Shown here: positions 1 through 9,047 of the stretch, piece by piece
Layout of the letters: every line of letters begins with the position of its first letter
Numbering within the stretch: position 1 is the first letter of the stretch
DNA from: an uncultured Actinomycetota bacterium
GTDB taxonomy: Bacteria; Actinomycetota; UBA4738; HRBIN12
Length of the DNA stretch: 64,000 bases
Reading direction: 5' to 3'
Assembly (NCBI GenBank): GCA_963839395.1
Contig: CAWIUW010000013.1
Location: 25,870 to 89,869, forward strand
The notes under the pieces: generated by a model
What the model saw: the letters and a program-made list of their open reading frames with translations, nothing else
Database searches by the model: none
Told to the model about the DNA's origin: nothing
Position numbers and translations under genes: made by a program

Positions 1-298
1 ACCGGCCGAGCCGTGGGGTGCGCATTCGTGTGGGAGTCGCACCTCGACCTCGCCCTCGCGGCGGGCGTGCCCGCCGAGACGGTCGAGGTGCTGCAACGGG
101 GATCCAGTGAACCTCGGCACACGCGAACGGATCCTCGTCTCATTCGTCGACGAGCTCTGTGGAACCGGCACGGTGTCCGAGGAGACATTCGAAGCTGCCC
201 GGGAGCTCCTCGGCGCGCGGGAGATCGTCGAGCTCGCATTGACGGTCGGCTACTACACGATGCTCGGGTATGTCATGGGTGCCTGCGACGCATGTTGA
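1..298 (+). pseudogene. Carboxymuconolactone decarboxylase (CMD/AhpD-like) family protein. It is 5'-truncated by the window edge and has an apparent +1 frameshift near 97-104 in a G run.
   Basis: Frame 1 reads ...GCAFVWESHLDLALAAGVPAETVEVLQRG. Frame 2 from 107 reads NLGTRERILVSFVDELCGTGTVSEETFEAARELLGAREIVELALTVGYYTMLGYVMGA. Together these make one CMD-like sequence. Removing one G in cggggat restores LQRDPVNLGTRER. Confidence 0.55.
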
Positions 299-363
299 GG
301 ACGTGGGAGGTCTCCCATCCCGAGGTGCTCGGGGTCCCGGCGATGAGGGATGCTCTGCACCCC

Positions 364-672
364 TCAGGCCTGAACGTCGACAGGATCCAGGACGATCACG
401 CCGATCGGCTCCTCCAAGAGGTCTTCGACCTGGCGCCGGTAGTCGACGTAGTGATCCGTCGCTCGGTGTGCTTCGAGCGCCTCCTGGCTCCGGTATCGCT
501 CGAACAGATGCAGCGTGCCACCCGCGTCGCGTTGCTCGTAGAGGTCGTACCGCTCGCACCCCGGTTCGGCCCTCGTCCGCTCGACCATCCACGTGAGCAG
601 CGAGCGGAGGTCGCCCGCTCGCCCGTCCCGAGGATGGAACGAAGCGAAGACGGAAACCGCGTTATCGGCCAT
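364..672 (-). CDS. Antibiotic-biosynthesis-monooxygenase (ABM) domain protein, 102 aa
   Basis: It is the C-terminal 102 aa of the 364..1593 minus ORF, MADNAVSVFASFHPRDG...HLFERYRSQEALEAHRATDHY. This is the typical ABM/Dabb ferredoxin-like fold. ATG is at 670-672. Confidence 0.7.
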   Translation of the reverse strand: MADNAVSVFASFHPRDGRAGDLRSLLTWMVERTRAEPGCERYDLYEQRDAGGTLHLFERYRSQEALEAHRATDHYVDYRRQVEDLLEEPIGVIVLDPVDVQA

Positions 673-867
673 GCTCACCTCGCGACGGCTCGGACGATCG
701 TCGGGACCGGGGCGCCGCCGGACCGCTTCCCGACGGGCGCAGTGTATCGACCGGCCGGACGCGCCGAGGGGAGTGCCTGAGCCATCGGGCGGATCCTCGT
801 CGTCGACCCGCTCCTCACCAGCGAGGGCTTCGGCATCGGCCCCGACTGGGCCGGGCCGGAGCACGAG

Positions 868-1716
868 GTGCTGATCCCCACGGGTTTCGAGATCGAGCAC
901 CTCCGGCCCCTGCTTCCGGAGGTCGCGGCTCTCCTCACGGCGCACGCCCCCGTCACGGAGGAGATGATCGCGCTGGCTCCGAAGCTCCGACTCGTGGCGA
1001 AACCGGGCGCCGGCGTGGACAACATCGATGTCGCCGCGGCCGCCCGGCGCGGCGTGACGGTGACGAACGTCAGCGGCGCAAGGGGCAGGGCGGTCGCCGA
1101 GCACGCGCTGTTCCTGCTGCTCCACCTCACGAAACGCGGGTGGCTGCGCGGCGATCCCGCGTGGCGCGACACACTCACAACCCAGCTCGGCGGGAAGACG
1201 CTCGGGATCGTGGGACTCGGCGATATCGGCGCTCACCTCGCTCGCTTCGGCCATGGTCTCGGGATGCACGTCGTCGCCAACACCCGGACTCCCGACCCCG
1301 ATCGAGCGCAGGACATCCCGGTGCGGTTCGTGGATCTCGGCACCCTCCTGGCTGAGGCCGACGTCGTCGTCCTCTGCGTGCCGCTGACCGATGCCACCCG
1401 AGGGATGATCGATCGGAAGGCGCTGAGGACGATGAAGGACGACGCGTACCTGATCAACGTGGCGCGCGGTCCGATCGTATCGACGGACGACCTGCTCGAG
1501 GTCGTGCGAACTGGCCATCTCGCCGGCGTGGGGCTGGACGTGACCGACCCGGAGCCGCTCCCCGAGGACCATGGACTCCGTCTCCTCCCCCACGTCTTGA
1601 TCTCACCCCACAACGCGGGACGGACGTTCGAGTCTCAGGCCGAGGCGTTGATGAGGATGCGCGAGAACGTACGGCTCGTGCTCTCGGGTGCCCCGGCGAT
1701 CGATCCGGTGGGCTGA
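868..1716 (+). CDS. D-isomer-specific 2-hydroxyacid dehydrogenase (NAD-binding). Conserved coding sequence extends upstream to about 784, where there is a possible ATC start after a GAGGGGAG SD.
   Basis: Contains GxGxxG (GIVGLGDIGAHLA), the catalytic R/E/H region and ...HVLISPHNAG. Upstream in frame is GRILVVDPLLTSEGFGIGPDWAGPEHE (N-terminal beta1), with no canonical start before GTG 868. Confidence 0.75.
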   Translation: MLIPTGFEIEHLRPLLPEVAALLTAHAPVTEEMIALAPKLRLVAKPGAGVDNIDVAAAARRGVTVTNVSGARGRAVAEHALFLLLHLTKRGWLRGDPAWRDTLTTQLGGKTLGIVGLGDIGAHLARFGHGLGMHVVANTRTPDPDRAQDIPVRFVDLGTLLAEADVVVLCVPLTDATRGMIDRKALRTMKDDAYLINVARGPIVSTDDLLEVVRTGHLAGVGLDVTDPEPLPEDHGLRLLPHVLISPHNAGRTFESQAEALMRMRENVRLVLSGAPAIDPVG

Positions 1717-1750
1717 TCGAGAGGGCGGGTCTTCATCCGGTCCCGGTCGA

Positions 1751-2770
1751 TCACGGCGGCGAGCCGTCGAGGCCGAGGAGCCGTGCCGCGTTCCCGCCCG
1801 CGATCATCGATCGTTCCTTCTCCTCCAGACCCTCGACCTGCGCGAGCAGCCCGAGAGGATCGGTCTCCCCCATGTCGAACGGGTAGTCGGTGCCGAGCAG
1901 CACGTGCTCGGGACCCCACCGGCGGACTAGCGTTCCGAGCATCTCGGCGTCGAACACCATCGTGTCGAAGTACAACTGTGCGAGGTAGGTGCTCGGCGGG
2001 CGGCTGATGTGCTCGCGGCAGTCCTCCCTCTCCTCATAGGCGTGATCGAATCGCGCCGGGTAGAACGGCAGATACCCCCCGCCGTGCATCACACAGACCT
2101 TCAGGTCGGGGAACCGCTCCATCACGCCGCCGAAGATCATGCGGGCGATGAACACCGTCGAGTCCATCGGCATGCCGACGGTGTTGATCAGGTAGTAGTC
2201 GGCGAGTCGCTCGCCGTGCGTGAAGCCGTTCGGATGGACGACGAGCAGGAGGTCATGCTCGACGACCTTCTCGAAGAACGGCACGAAGCGAGGGTCGTCG
2301 AAGTCGACACCGTTCACGTTCGTGCAGATCTCCAGACCGGCGAACCGGAGCTCGTCGACGATGCGCTCCAACTCGGCAAGCGCGAGATCCACGTCCTGCA
2401 GCGGCAGCGTGCCGAGGCCCACGAATCGATCGGGATGCGCCTGCACGATCTCGAACAGGCGGTCGTTCACCATGCCGGAGAGCTTCGCCCCGATAGCCGG
2501 CTCCGCCCAGTAGAAGTATTGGGGAGGGACGACCGAGATCGCTTGGAGATCGACCCCCATGCGGTCCATGTCGCGCAACCGCTGCTCCGGCTGCGTCAGG
2601 TTCGGCACGATCTCCGCGAAGTGCTTCTTGTTGTAGGCCTCGCTGACCGGTCCCGAGAAGCCGATGAACGGGTCCTTGTCCGGGGTGAACAGCGGAGCGG
2701 CGATCTCCTCGGCTTCGGGTGTCATGACGTGGGCATGGATGTCGATCACCACGCCGTCGTTGTCCGCCAT
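1751..2770 (-). CDS. Amidohydrolase-2 family protein (ACMSD/2-amino-3-carboxymuconate-semialdehyde decarboxylase-like metal-dependent hydrolase)
   Basis: 339 aa. VIDIHAHVMTPE... and HPNGFTHGERLADYYL...VCVMHGGGYLPFY...LLGTDYPFD motifs of the amidohydrolase_2 TIM barrel. Confidence 0.8.
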   Translation of the reverse strand: MADNDGVVIDIHAHVMTPEAEEIAAPLFTPDKDPFIGFSGPVSEAYNKKHFAEIVPNLTQPEQRLRDMDRMGVDLQAISVVPPQYFYWAEPAIGAKLSGMVNDRLFEIVQAHPDRFVGLGTLPLQDVDLALAELERIVDELRFAGLEICTNVNGVDFDDPRFVPFFEKVVEHDLLLVVHPNGFTHGERLADYYLINTVGMPMDSTVFIARMIFGGVMERFPDLKVCVMHGGGYLPFYPARFDHAYEEREDCREHISRPPSTYLAQLYFDTMVFDAEMLGTLVRRWGPEHVLLGTDYPFDMGETDPLGLLAQVEGLEEKERSMIAGGNAARLLGLDGSPP

Positions 2771-2852
2771 CCCCGCCCTCCGCGGTCAAAGGCGTCCAGA
2801 GGTGGGGACGCCGCCGATTTCAGACATTATATACAACTTGACGAGCGGCCGT

Positions 2853-4051
2853 CTAGGCTTCGACCGGGAAGTTCCCGTCCTTCGGACGGTGAAGGCCGAA
2901 GGCGACCTCCGGGTCGCCCGGACGGAACGTGCCTGTGACCTGCGCCCGCTCCCCGACCTCGCGCGTCCGAGCCGTCGTGGCCCGTCCGAGCTCGAGCTGG
3001 GCAGGCTCCCATGCCCGGAGCGCCGCCGGCACGGCGCCGTCCGCCGCCTCGATCGCCTCGGCGAGGGCGCGCGCGTCGGCGGCCGCCTTCGCCGTGCCGG
3101 CAGCGATGTGAGGCCGGAGCGCGAACGCGGCGTCGCCCACCAGGCAGATCCGCCCGCGCACCATCGCCGGGACCTCGAGGTCCACGATCACCTGGACGAA
3201 CGGTTCGGGAGTGGCGCGAACAAGCTCCGTGAAGGACGGTGGTAGATCAGCGGCTGTCGCGTGGAGCTCGTCGACGTGCTCGTCCCGAACCGCGCCGGCC
3301 GGGAGTGACAGGTCGTGCCGCGTTCCCGATCGATCGGTCAGGAGCGCCTCGAGGGGCGGTCCATCCCGCACGTTGCGATACCAGACCCAGTTCATCGACC
3401 GACCGGCGCCATCGGTGGCCGGGATCTCGTACGAGAGCACGTGCGTCCGTTCGCCGATGTGGTACGTGAGGACGTTACGGAGCTCGTCGTTCGCCCGACC
3501 GGGGAGCTCACGCTTCCGGAAGGGTGCCGCGCCATCCCACGTAGCCCGCGTAGGCGGGCCGGAGGTCGGGGAACAGCAGACTTCGGACGGTCGAGCGTAT
3601 CCCGTCGGCGCCCGCCAGCAGGTCGAACGACTCGGAATCGCCGTCCGCGAACCGAGCGATGACCTGGTCGTCCGCTTCGTCGAGACCGACAAGGTCCTTC
3701 CGCAGGTGGTAGCGATGGGGTTCGAAGAAGTCGACGAGCGCCGCGTACAACGTCGCATAGGAGGTGAACCGGTACACGATCGGCTCCTCGAGAAGCACAT
3801 CGCCCAGGCGCGTCAGGTATCGGAGCGTCCGAGCCGAGGAGCTCACGCGTCCGAGATCGAGCAGCCCGTGATCTTCGAAGTAGCGGGTCGTGACCGGGTG
3901 CAGCACGATCCCGGCGCCTCGTCCCTCGAGCGGTACGGGAGACTCGTTCGAAAACCTCTACTTCGCAGCCGACATCCCGCAGCTGGAGTGCCGTGATGAG
4001 CCCGCCGAGCGACCCCCCGACGACGGCGACGTGCGGCCTCGCGGGCGACAC
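2853..4051 (-). pseudogene. FAD-dependent aromatic-ring monooxygenase (salicylate/3-hydroxybenzoate hydroxylase-like), split over three reading frames by two apparent frameshifts near 3510 and 3910
   Basis: Frame A (3392..4051) has the N-terminal Rossmann motif HVAVVGGSLGGLITALQLRDVGCEVEVFER. Frame B (3508..3906) has LHPVTTRYFEDHGL...GADGIRSTVR. Frame C (2853..3800) has ...GRICLVGDAAFALRPHIAAGTAKAAADARALAEAI. Together about 399 aa, as expected for this family. Confidence 0.75.
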
Positions 4052-4055
4052 GGCG

Positions 4056-4436
4056 TCAGTGCTTCAGCTCGACGGTGACGAAGCGAAGGGTCGAATCGCC
4101 GACGTTCTCGAGGTCGTGCACGAGGGGGTCTTCGGGCGAGTTCTCCAGGTACTTCGTCTCCCCGAGGGCGTAGTCCCGGACGACCAGGGTGCCGTCCACG
4201 AATCGCTGGAGACCCCGGCCGGGTGCCACCACGGTCCAGAAGTACGTGGCATCGTGCACGTGGAAGGGACCGCGCTCGCCCGGCTCGAGATCGATCTCGA
4301 AGACGCGGACGTGATCGTTCTCGAACCACAGCGACGTGCCGATCTGGCGGTTCGCCGACGCTGCTTCCAACTCACCCGCGAAGTCCTCCACGCGGTAGGT
4401 CCCTCGCTCCTCGCCCTGCGCGCTCATCCCTCCCAT
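4056..4436 (-). CDS. Cupin domain protein (about 126 aa)
   Basis: The C-terminal 126 aa of ORF 4056..4781 (MGGMSAQGEERGTYRVEDF...HVHDATYFWTVV...) has cupin His motifs. ATG is at 4434-4436. Its stop lies 4 nt before the FAD monooxygenase start, suggesting an operon. Confidence 0.65.
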   Translation of the reverse strand: MGGMSAQGEERGTYRVEDFAGELEAASANRQIGTSLWFENDHVRVFEIDLEPGERGPFHVHDATYFWTVVAPGRGLQRFVDGTLVVRDYALGETKYLENSPEDPLVHDLENVGDSTLRFVTVELKH

Positions 4437-4500
4437 CGCCGCCTCCGCTCGAACCTCGTTCGTACATAAAATACAACCTGGATCCAGTCCGGGGAGGGAC

Positions 4501-5883
4501 GTGCGGGCAGACCTCGCGATCGTCGGCGGCACCGTCGTGACCGGCTCCGGCGTGAAGCGCGCCGACCTCATGATCCGCGGGGGCCGGATCGCGGACGTGA
4601 TGCCGGGGATCGGAGACGTCTGGGCGGAGGCCTCGATCGATGCCGGCGGCCTCCTCGTGATGCCGGGGATGGTCGACACGCACGTCCACCTGATGGATCC
4701 CGGGCCGACCGAGCGGGAGGACTTCCCCACCGGAACGGCGGCGGCGGCCGCGCGAGGCGTGACCACGATCGTCGAACACACCCACGCGCATCCCGTGCGT
4801 GATCGGGACGAGCTCGTCGAGAAGGCCGCCTACCTCCGAGGCCGGTCGAACGTCTCCTTCGGTCTCGCCGCCCACGTCTGGCCCGACCGGATCGATGCCC
4901 TCGATGAGGCGTGGGCTGCGGGGGTCGCCTTCTTCAAGGTGTTCACCTGCACGACGCACGGCGTGCCGGGCATCGAGGGCGAGGACCTGCGGCGAGCGTT
5001 CGCGCGAGTGGCCAGCTTCGGCGGCACGTGTCTGGTCCATGCCGAAGACGAGACACGCACCGAGGAGGCAGAACGATCGCTACGAGCCGCCGGGCGCACG
5101 GATCCGAACGTGCTCACCGAATGGCGATCCCGCGAGGCCGAGCTCGAGGCGGTCCGGGCCGTCGCGGAGCTGGCGGTGGAGACACGCGCCCGTCTCACGA
5201 TCGCCCACGTCTCCTCGCCCCCAGTGGCGGAGGCGATCGTCGCCGCGCGCCGCCGAGGAGCCGATCTCGCCGCCGAGGCGTGCCCCCAGTACCTGCTCCT
5301 GCAGGAGGACGAGGTCCTCGAGCACGGAGCGTTGCGGAAGTTCACCCCACCGGCTCGGAACCGATCGAGCGAGGACGCGGACGCGATGTGGCGGCTCCTG
5401 GCGGACGGCACACTCACCCACGTGGCGACCGACCACGCGCCCTCGACGATGGCCCAGAAGCTGAACGGGAACATCTGGGACGCACCCTTCGGCCTCCCGG
5501 GCCTCGACACGACGACCCGGCTGCTCCTCGACGCCGCGGCCACCGGACGGCTCTCCTGGTCCGACATCGTCCTGCGCTATGCCGAGGAGCCCGCCAGGCG
5601 ATACGGCCTGTGGCCGGCCAAGGGGCGCTTGGAGGAGGGCGCCGACGCGGACCTCGTCCTGGTCGACCCCACCGCGACCGTGCATATCCTCGACGAGGAC
5701 GTGATCTCCAAGGCTGGGTGGACGCCCTTCGCGGGTCGCACGACCACAGGCGATGTGGTGCGCGTCTTCCTCGGAGGCGAGGAGATCGCGCGCGACGGCA
5801 CGCCTCGCGACGAACGCACCGGCCGGTTCCTCCCCGGCCCCGGCGCGGCCGGCGGCCTCGACGAGGTGCTGCCGAACGACTGA
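4501..5883 (+). CDS. Cyclic amidohydrolase (dihydropyrimidinase/hydantoinase/allantoinase/dihydroorotase superfamily)
   Basis: 460 aa. N-terminal DLAIVGGTVV...GGRIADV, the metal ligands DTHVHL and the ...HVATDHAP motif are present. Confidence 0.8.
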   Translation: MRADLAIVGGTVVTGSGVKRADLMIRGGRIADVMPGIGDVWAEASIDAGGLLVMPGMVDTHVHLMDPGPTEREDFPTGTAAAAARGVTTIVEHTHAHPVRDRDELVEKAAYLRGRSNVSFGLAAHVWPDRIDALDEAWAAGVAFFKVFTCTTHGVPGIEGEDLRRAFARVASFGGTCLVHAEDETRTEEAERSLRAAGRTDPNVLTEWRSREAELEAVRAVAELAVETRARLTIAHVSSPPVAEAIVAARRRGADLAAEACPQYLLLQEDEVLEHGALRKFTPPARNRSSEDADAMWRLLADGTLTHVATDHAPSTMAQKLNGNIWDAPFGLPGLDTTTRLLLDAAATGRLSWSDIVLRYAEEPARRYGLWPAKGRLEEGADADLVLVDPTATVHILDEDVISKAGWTPFAGRTTTGDVVRVFLGGEEIARDGTPRDERTGRFLPGPGAAGGLDEVLPND

Positions 5884-5892
5884 AGACCGCGG

Positions 5893-6282
5893 TCAGGTCG
5901 ACGGCCGCGCCGCGACGAAGTCGACCTCGATCCGCCAGTCGGCGTGCGCCAGCCCGGCGACGAACATCAGGGTGGACGCCGGGCGGTGACCGCCCAGGAA
6001 CTCGTCCCGGACGGCGCGGGCGGTCGACAGGTCGTCGCGATCGACGAGCAGCATCGTGAGCTGCACGATGTCCGAGATCTCCATCCCGGCGCCGGCGAGC
6101 ACTCGCTCGATGTTCCGCCACGTCAGCCGCGACTGCTCCTCGATGTCCTCGCCGATCCGGCCGTCGGTGTCCACGCCCGTCTGCCCGGAGCCGAAGACGA
6201 ACCGCATCGGGCTCTCGACCTCGATGCCGTGCGAATAGCTGCCGAACGGGCCGGCAACCCCTGCCGGGTTGAACGCGCGCAT
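5893..6282 (-). CDS. ridA: RidA/YjgF/TdcF family reactive-intermediate deaminase
   Basis: 129 aa, PFGSYSHGIEV...FGSGQTG...RPASTLMFVAGLAHADWRIEVDFVA. Canonical RidA pattern. Confidence 0.8.
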   Translation of the reverse strand: MRAFNPAGVAGPFGSYSHGIEVESPMRFVFGSGQTGVDTDGRIGEDIEEQSRLTWRNIERVLAGAGMEISDIVQLTMLLVDRDDLSTARAVRDEFLGGHRPASTLMFVAGLAHADWRIEVDFVAARPST

Positions 6283-6367
6283 CTGTCTCCGTTCTCCTCG
6301 TCGCGACCGGCACCATAGCGTTCCGCTCCGCCTCCCGCCGCGGGCGGTCCGGCCCTAGCATGCGGAC

Positions 6368-7912
6368 GTGCGGATCCTCGTGTGGCACGGCTGGCTGCTG
6401 GAGGGCTCGGGATCCAACGTCGCCACCGCTCGCATCGTCGAGGTCTGGCGAGCCCAGGGCCACGACGTGCTCCTCCTCTGCCAGGAACGCCACCCGGAGC
6501 GCTACCCGTGGATCGACGCCCACGGCTCCGTCGACCGAGACGGGGTCTCGGAGCTGGCGCCGAACCCGAACGCCGCGAGCGCCCGCGGACGATGCGTCCT
6601 TCTCCGTCCCGACATCGGCCCGACGCTCCCGGTCTTCGTCGTCGACCACTACGAAGGGTTCGAGCGCGTCCGCCCCTTCGTCGAGCTCACCGGTGAGGAG
6701 CTCGATGCCTACCTGCGAGCGAATACCGAGGCGATGCGCGTGGCCGCGGCGTCCCACCAACCCGAGATCGCGTTCGTGGGCCACGGGATCCCGGGTGCGG
6801 CGATCGGAGGTCGCGCCCTCGGCCCCGGGCGATACGTCGCGAAGATCCACGGCAGCGACCTCGAGTACGCGATCCGGCCCCAGGAGCGCTACCGCGAGCT
6901 TGCGCGCGAAGGACTCGAAGCCGCTCGCGCGGTCGTCGGCCCGAGCCGCGAGGCCCTGGCGCGTTGCGCGGAGCTGGTGCCCGAGATGCGTGACCTGGCG
7001 CGTGTCGTCCCGCCGGGGGTCGACGTCTCGGCGTTCCGTCCACGCCCGCGCGCCGAGGCGCTGCGGGAGGTGGCCTCGCTCCTGGAAGAAGACCCGGACA
7101 CCGTCCGAGGGCGGCCGTCGTCCCTGGACGCAGAGGTGGAGCGGGCCCTCGACGCGAGGGACCGGGCGGCGATCGCAGCGCTGTTCGAGGCATACGACGA
7201 GGATGTTCCCGAGCCGGATGCGGCGGCTCGGCTCCGCGCGCTCGCCGAGAGGCACGAGCCGATCGTCGGGTACCTCGGCAAGCTGATCCCCCAGAAGGGA
7301 GTCGAGGTCCTCCTCGAAGCGCTGCCTGCCCTCCGACACGAGACGGTCGCGCTCGTGGTGGGGTTCGGATCGGATCGGGACTGGCTCGCGGGGCTGACGA
7401 TCGGGCTCCGGCGAGGCGATCGAGCCGCCCTCGAGTGGCTTCGGGACGTCGGCGGGCTCCCGGTGGATCCATCGGCGACTCCCCTCCCCACCGGGAACCA
7501 CCCGGACGTCACGTTCACCGGCCTGCTCGACCACCGGTACGCGCCTCGCGCACTGGCGTCCATGGACGTGCAGGTCGTGCCGTCGATCCTGCAAGAAGCG
7601 TTCGGGATGGTGGCGGCGGAGGGCGCCGCCTCAGGAGCGCTCCCGATGGTCGCCCGGCATTCCGGGCTCGCGGAGGTCGCGGCGGCGCTCGAGTCCGAGG
7701 TCGGTCGCCCCGAGCTGTTCTCCTTCGATCCGGGCGAGGGGGCCGTGCGACGGCTGGCCGCGGGCATCGACCGCCTGCTTTCGCTGCCGATCGACGAACG
7801 CGCAGAGCTGCGTCGAGCCGTGAGCTCGTTCGTCGCGAACCATTGGACGTGGGAACGGACGGCGGCCGGACTCCTCGCTGCGGCCGAACCGGCGTCGCGA
7901 GCGCGGACATGA
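6368..7912 (+). CDS. Glycosyltransferase family 4 (GT-B fold, 514 aa)
   Basis: MRILVWHGWLLEGSGSNVATA N-terminal GT4 motif and the C-terminal EAFGMVAAEGAASGALPMVARHSGLAEV (E-x7-E-like) motif. Confidence 0.8.
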   Translation: MRILVWHGWLLEGSGSNVATARIVEVWRAQGHDVLLLCQERHPERYPWIDAHGSVDRDGVSELAPNPNAASARGRCVLLRPDIGPTLPVFVVDHYEGFERVRPFVELTGEELDAYLRANTEAMRVAAASHQPEIAFVGHGIPGAAIGGRALGPGRYVAKIHGSDLEYAIRPQERYRELAREGLEAARAVVGPSREALARCAELVPEMRDLARVVPPGVDVSAFRPRPRAEALREVASLLEEDPDTVRGRPSSLDAEVERALDARDRAAIAALFEAYDEDVPEPDAAARLRALAERHEPIVGYLGKLIPQKGVEVLLEALPALRHETVALVVGFGSDRDWLAGLTIGLRRGDRAALEWLRDVGGLPVDPSATPLPTGNHPDVTFTGLLDHRYAPRALASMDVQVVPSILQEAFGMVAAEGAASGALPMVARHSGLAEVAAALESEVGRPELFSFDPGEGAVRRLAAGIDRLLSLPIDERAELRRAVSSFVANHWTWERTAAGLLAAAEPASRART

Positions 7913-7926
7913 GGTCCTCGGGTCGA

Positions 7927-8706
7927 TCATCCCTTCTTCCGCGCCTTCCATGCTTCCTCGATCGGCCAGCGCCGGGACCACTCCGCGGTGGCTAGGGGAT
8001 CGGCCGGTGTTTCCGCGTCCTCGGGTGCTCGGACCTCCACCAGGTCCTCGACCTCGAACCCCGCATCGCGGAGCAGACGGATCATGTCCCCATGCGTGAG
8101 CGCGAACTCGACAGCCCCGTCGGCGTCCGGCCAGTCGAACCGATGCATGCCGAAGTGATCGCGTTGCAGCTGCTCGGTCGCAGGGAGATCCTCGTCGGGA
8201 GACGTCAGCATCGACAGGTACGAACGACCGAGGAACACCAGCGCCCCTCCCGGACGGAGGATCCGCGCCGCCTCCGGGATCCATCGGTACGGGTCGCACC
8301 AGATGGCCGCTCCGTACTCGGAGACCGCCAGGTCGAAGATCCCGTCTCGGAGCGGGGCACGCTCGGCGTCGGCGTGGATCAACGGGAACCGGACGCCGAA
8401 CTCGGCCTGGAACTTCAGAGCGGTCGCGAGCTGTCGCCCCGAGTTGTCCAGACCGACCGCCCGGGCGCCGCGACGCGAGAGCCACGACGACACGTACCCC
8501 GTCCCGCAGCCGAGCTCGATGACGTCGAGACCCTCGACATCCGGGAGCAGTCCGAGCACGGACTCGGAGACGTTCCAGATCCCCCACGTGATGTCCTCGG
8601 CCGCCCACGCGACCCTGCCCCGCTCCACCCAGCTATCGGCATCCGCGTCCCACGAGACTCGATTGGCGAGCACATGATCGGGATCCGGCTTCTCGACGTC
8701 TCCCAT
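7927..8706 (-). CDS. Class I SAM-dependent methyltransferase
   Basis: VIELGCGTGYVSSWLSRRGARAVGLDNS (motif I) and ILRPGGALVF. Start is taken at internal ATG 8704-8706 (MGDVEKP...). The ORF track extends it to 8829. Confidence 0.7.
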   Translation of the reverse strand: MGDVEKPDPDHVLANRVSWDADADSWVERGRVAWAAEDITWGIWNVSESVLGLLPDVEGLDVIELGCGTGYVSSWLSRRGARAVGLDNSGRQLATALKFQAEFGVRFPLIHADAERAPLRDGIFDLAVSEYGAAIWCDPYRWIPEAARILRPGGALVFLGRSYLSMLTSPDEDLPATEQLQRDHFGMHRFDWPDADGAVEFALTHGDMIRLLRDAGFEVEDLVEVRAPEDAETPADPLATAEWSRRWPIEEAWKARKKG

Positions 8707-8815
8707 CGCCCGACACCATACGGCCGAGGTCGGAGGACGCGAACGGGCCTCCGGACCCAGCCGCTGTGCGCGTCGGCTGGCATTCGGGTATACCGGATGC
8801 GAGAGGAGGCTGGAC

Positions 8816-9047
8816 ATGGACGAGACCACGACACGTCGAGCTCACCGACGAAGACATCCGGACGGTGATGCCCGGCAGTGCCGCACCGAAGGCCGAGACC
8901 GATCCCGACACGAAGGACGGCGACGGCACGGACGGTGACACGACCGACAAGAAGGACGGTGATGCCGGCGACCAGGACGGCACCGACGGCAAGGACGCCG
9001 ACGGCACCGACTCCGGCGACATGGACGGGACCGACAGCACGTCGTGA
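8816..9047 (+). CDS. Small highly acidic D/G/T-repeat peptide (about 76 aa), with an apparent 1-nt frameshift just after its ATG. It is translationally coupled (GTGA) to the downstream oxygenase gene.
   Basis: A perfect SD GAGGAGG lies 6 nt before ATG 8816, but in the +1 frame relative to the high-GC3 ORF ...VELTDEDIRTVMPGSAAPKAETDPDTKDGDGTDGDTTDKKDGDAGDQDGTDGKDADGTDSGDMDGTDSTS*. The stop TGA 9045-9047 overlaps GTG 9044-9046 of the next gene. Confidence 0.5.

Noticed and set aside
13-780. 255-aa plus-strand ORF overlapping the CMD and ABM genes
   Set aside because: Only its first roughly 30 codons carry CMD similarity. The rest is Arg/Pro-rich antisense of the minus-strand ABM gene, which has clear homology and a proper ATG. 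It is a typical high-GC spurious ORF.
5414-7594. 726-aa minus-strand Arg/Gly/Pro-rich ORF
   Set aside because: It is antisense to the hydantoinase-like and GT4 genes and is a low-complexity R/P/G composition artefact of a GC-rich opposite strand.
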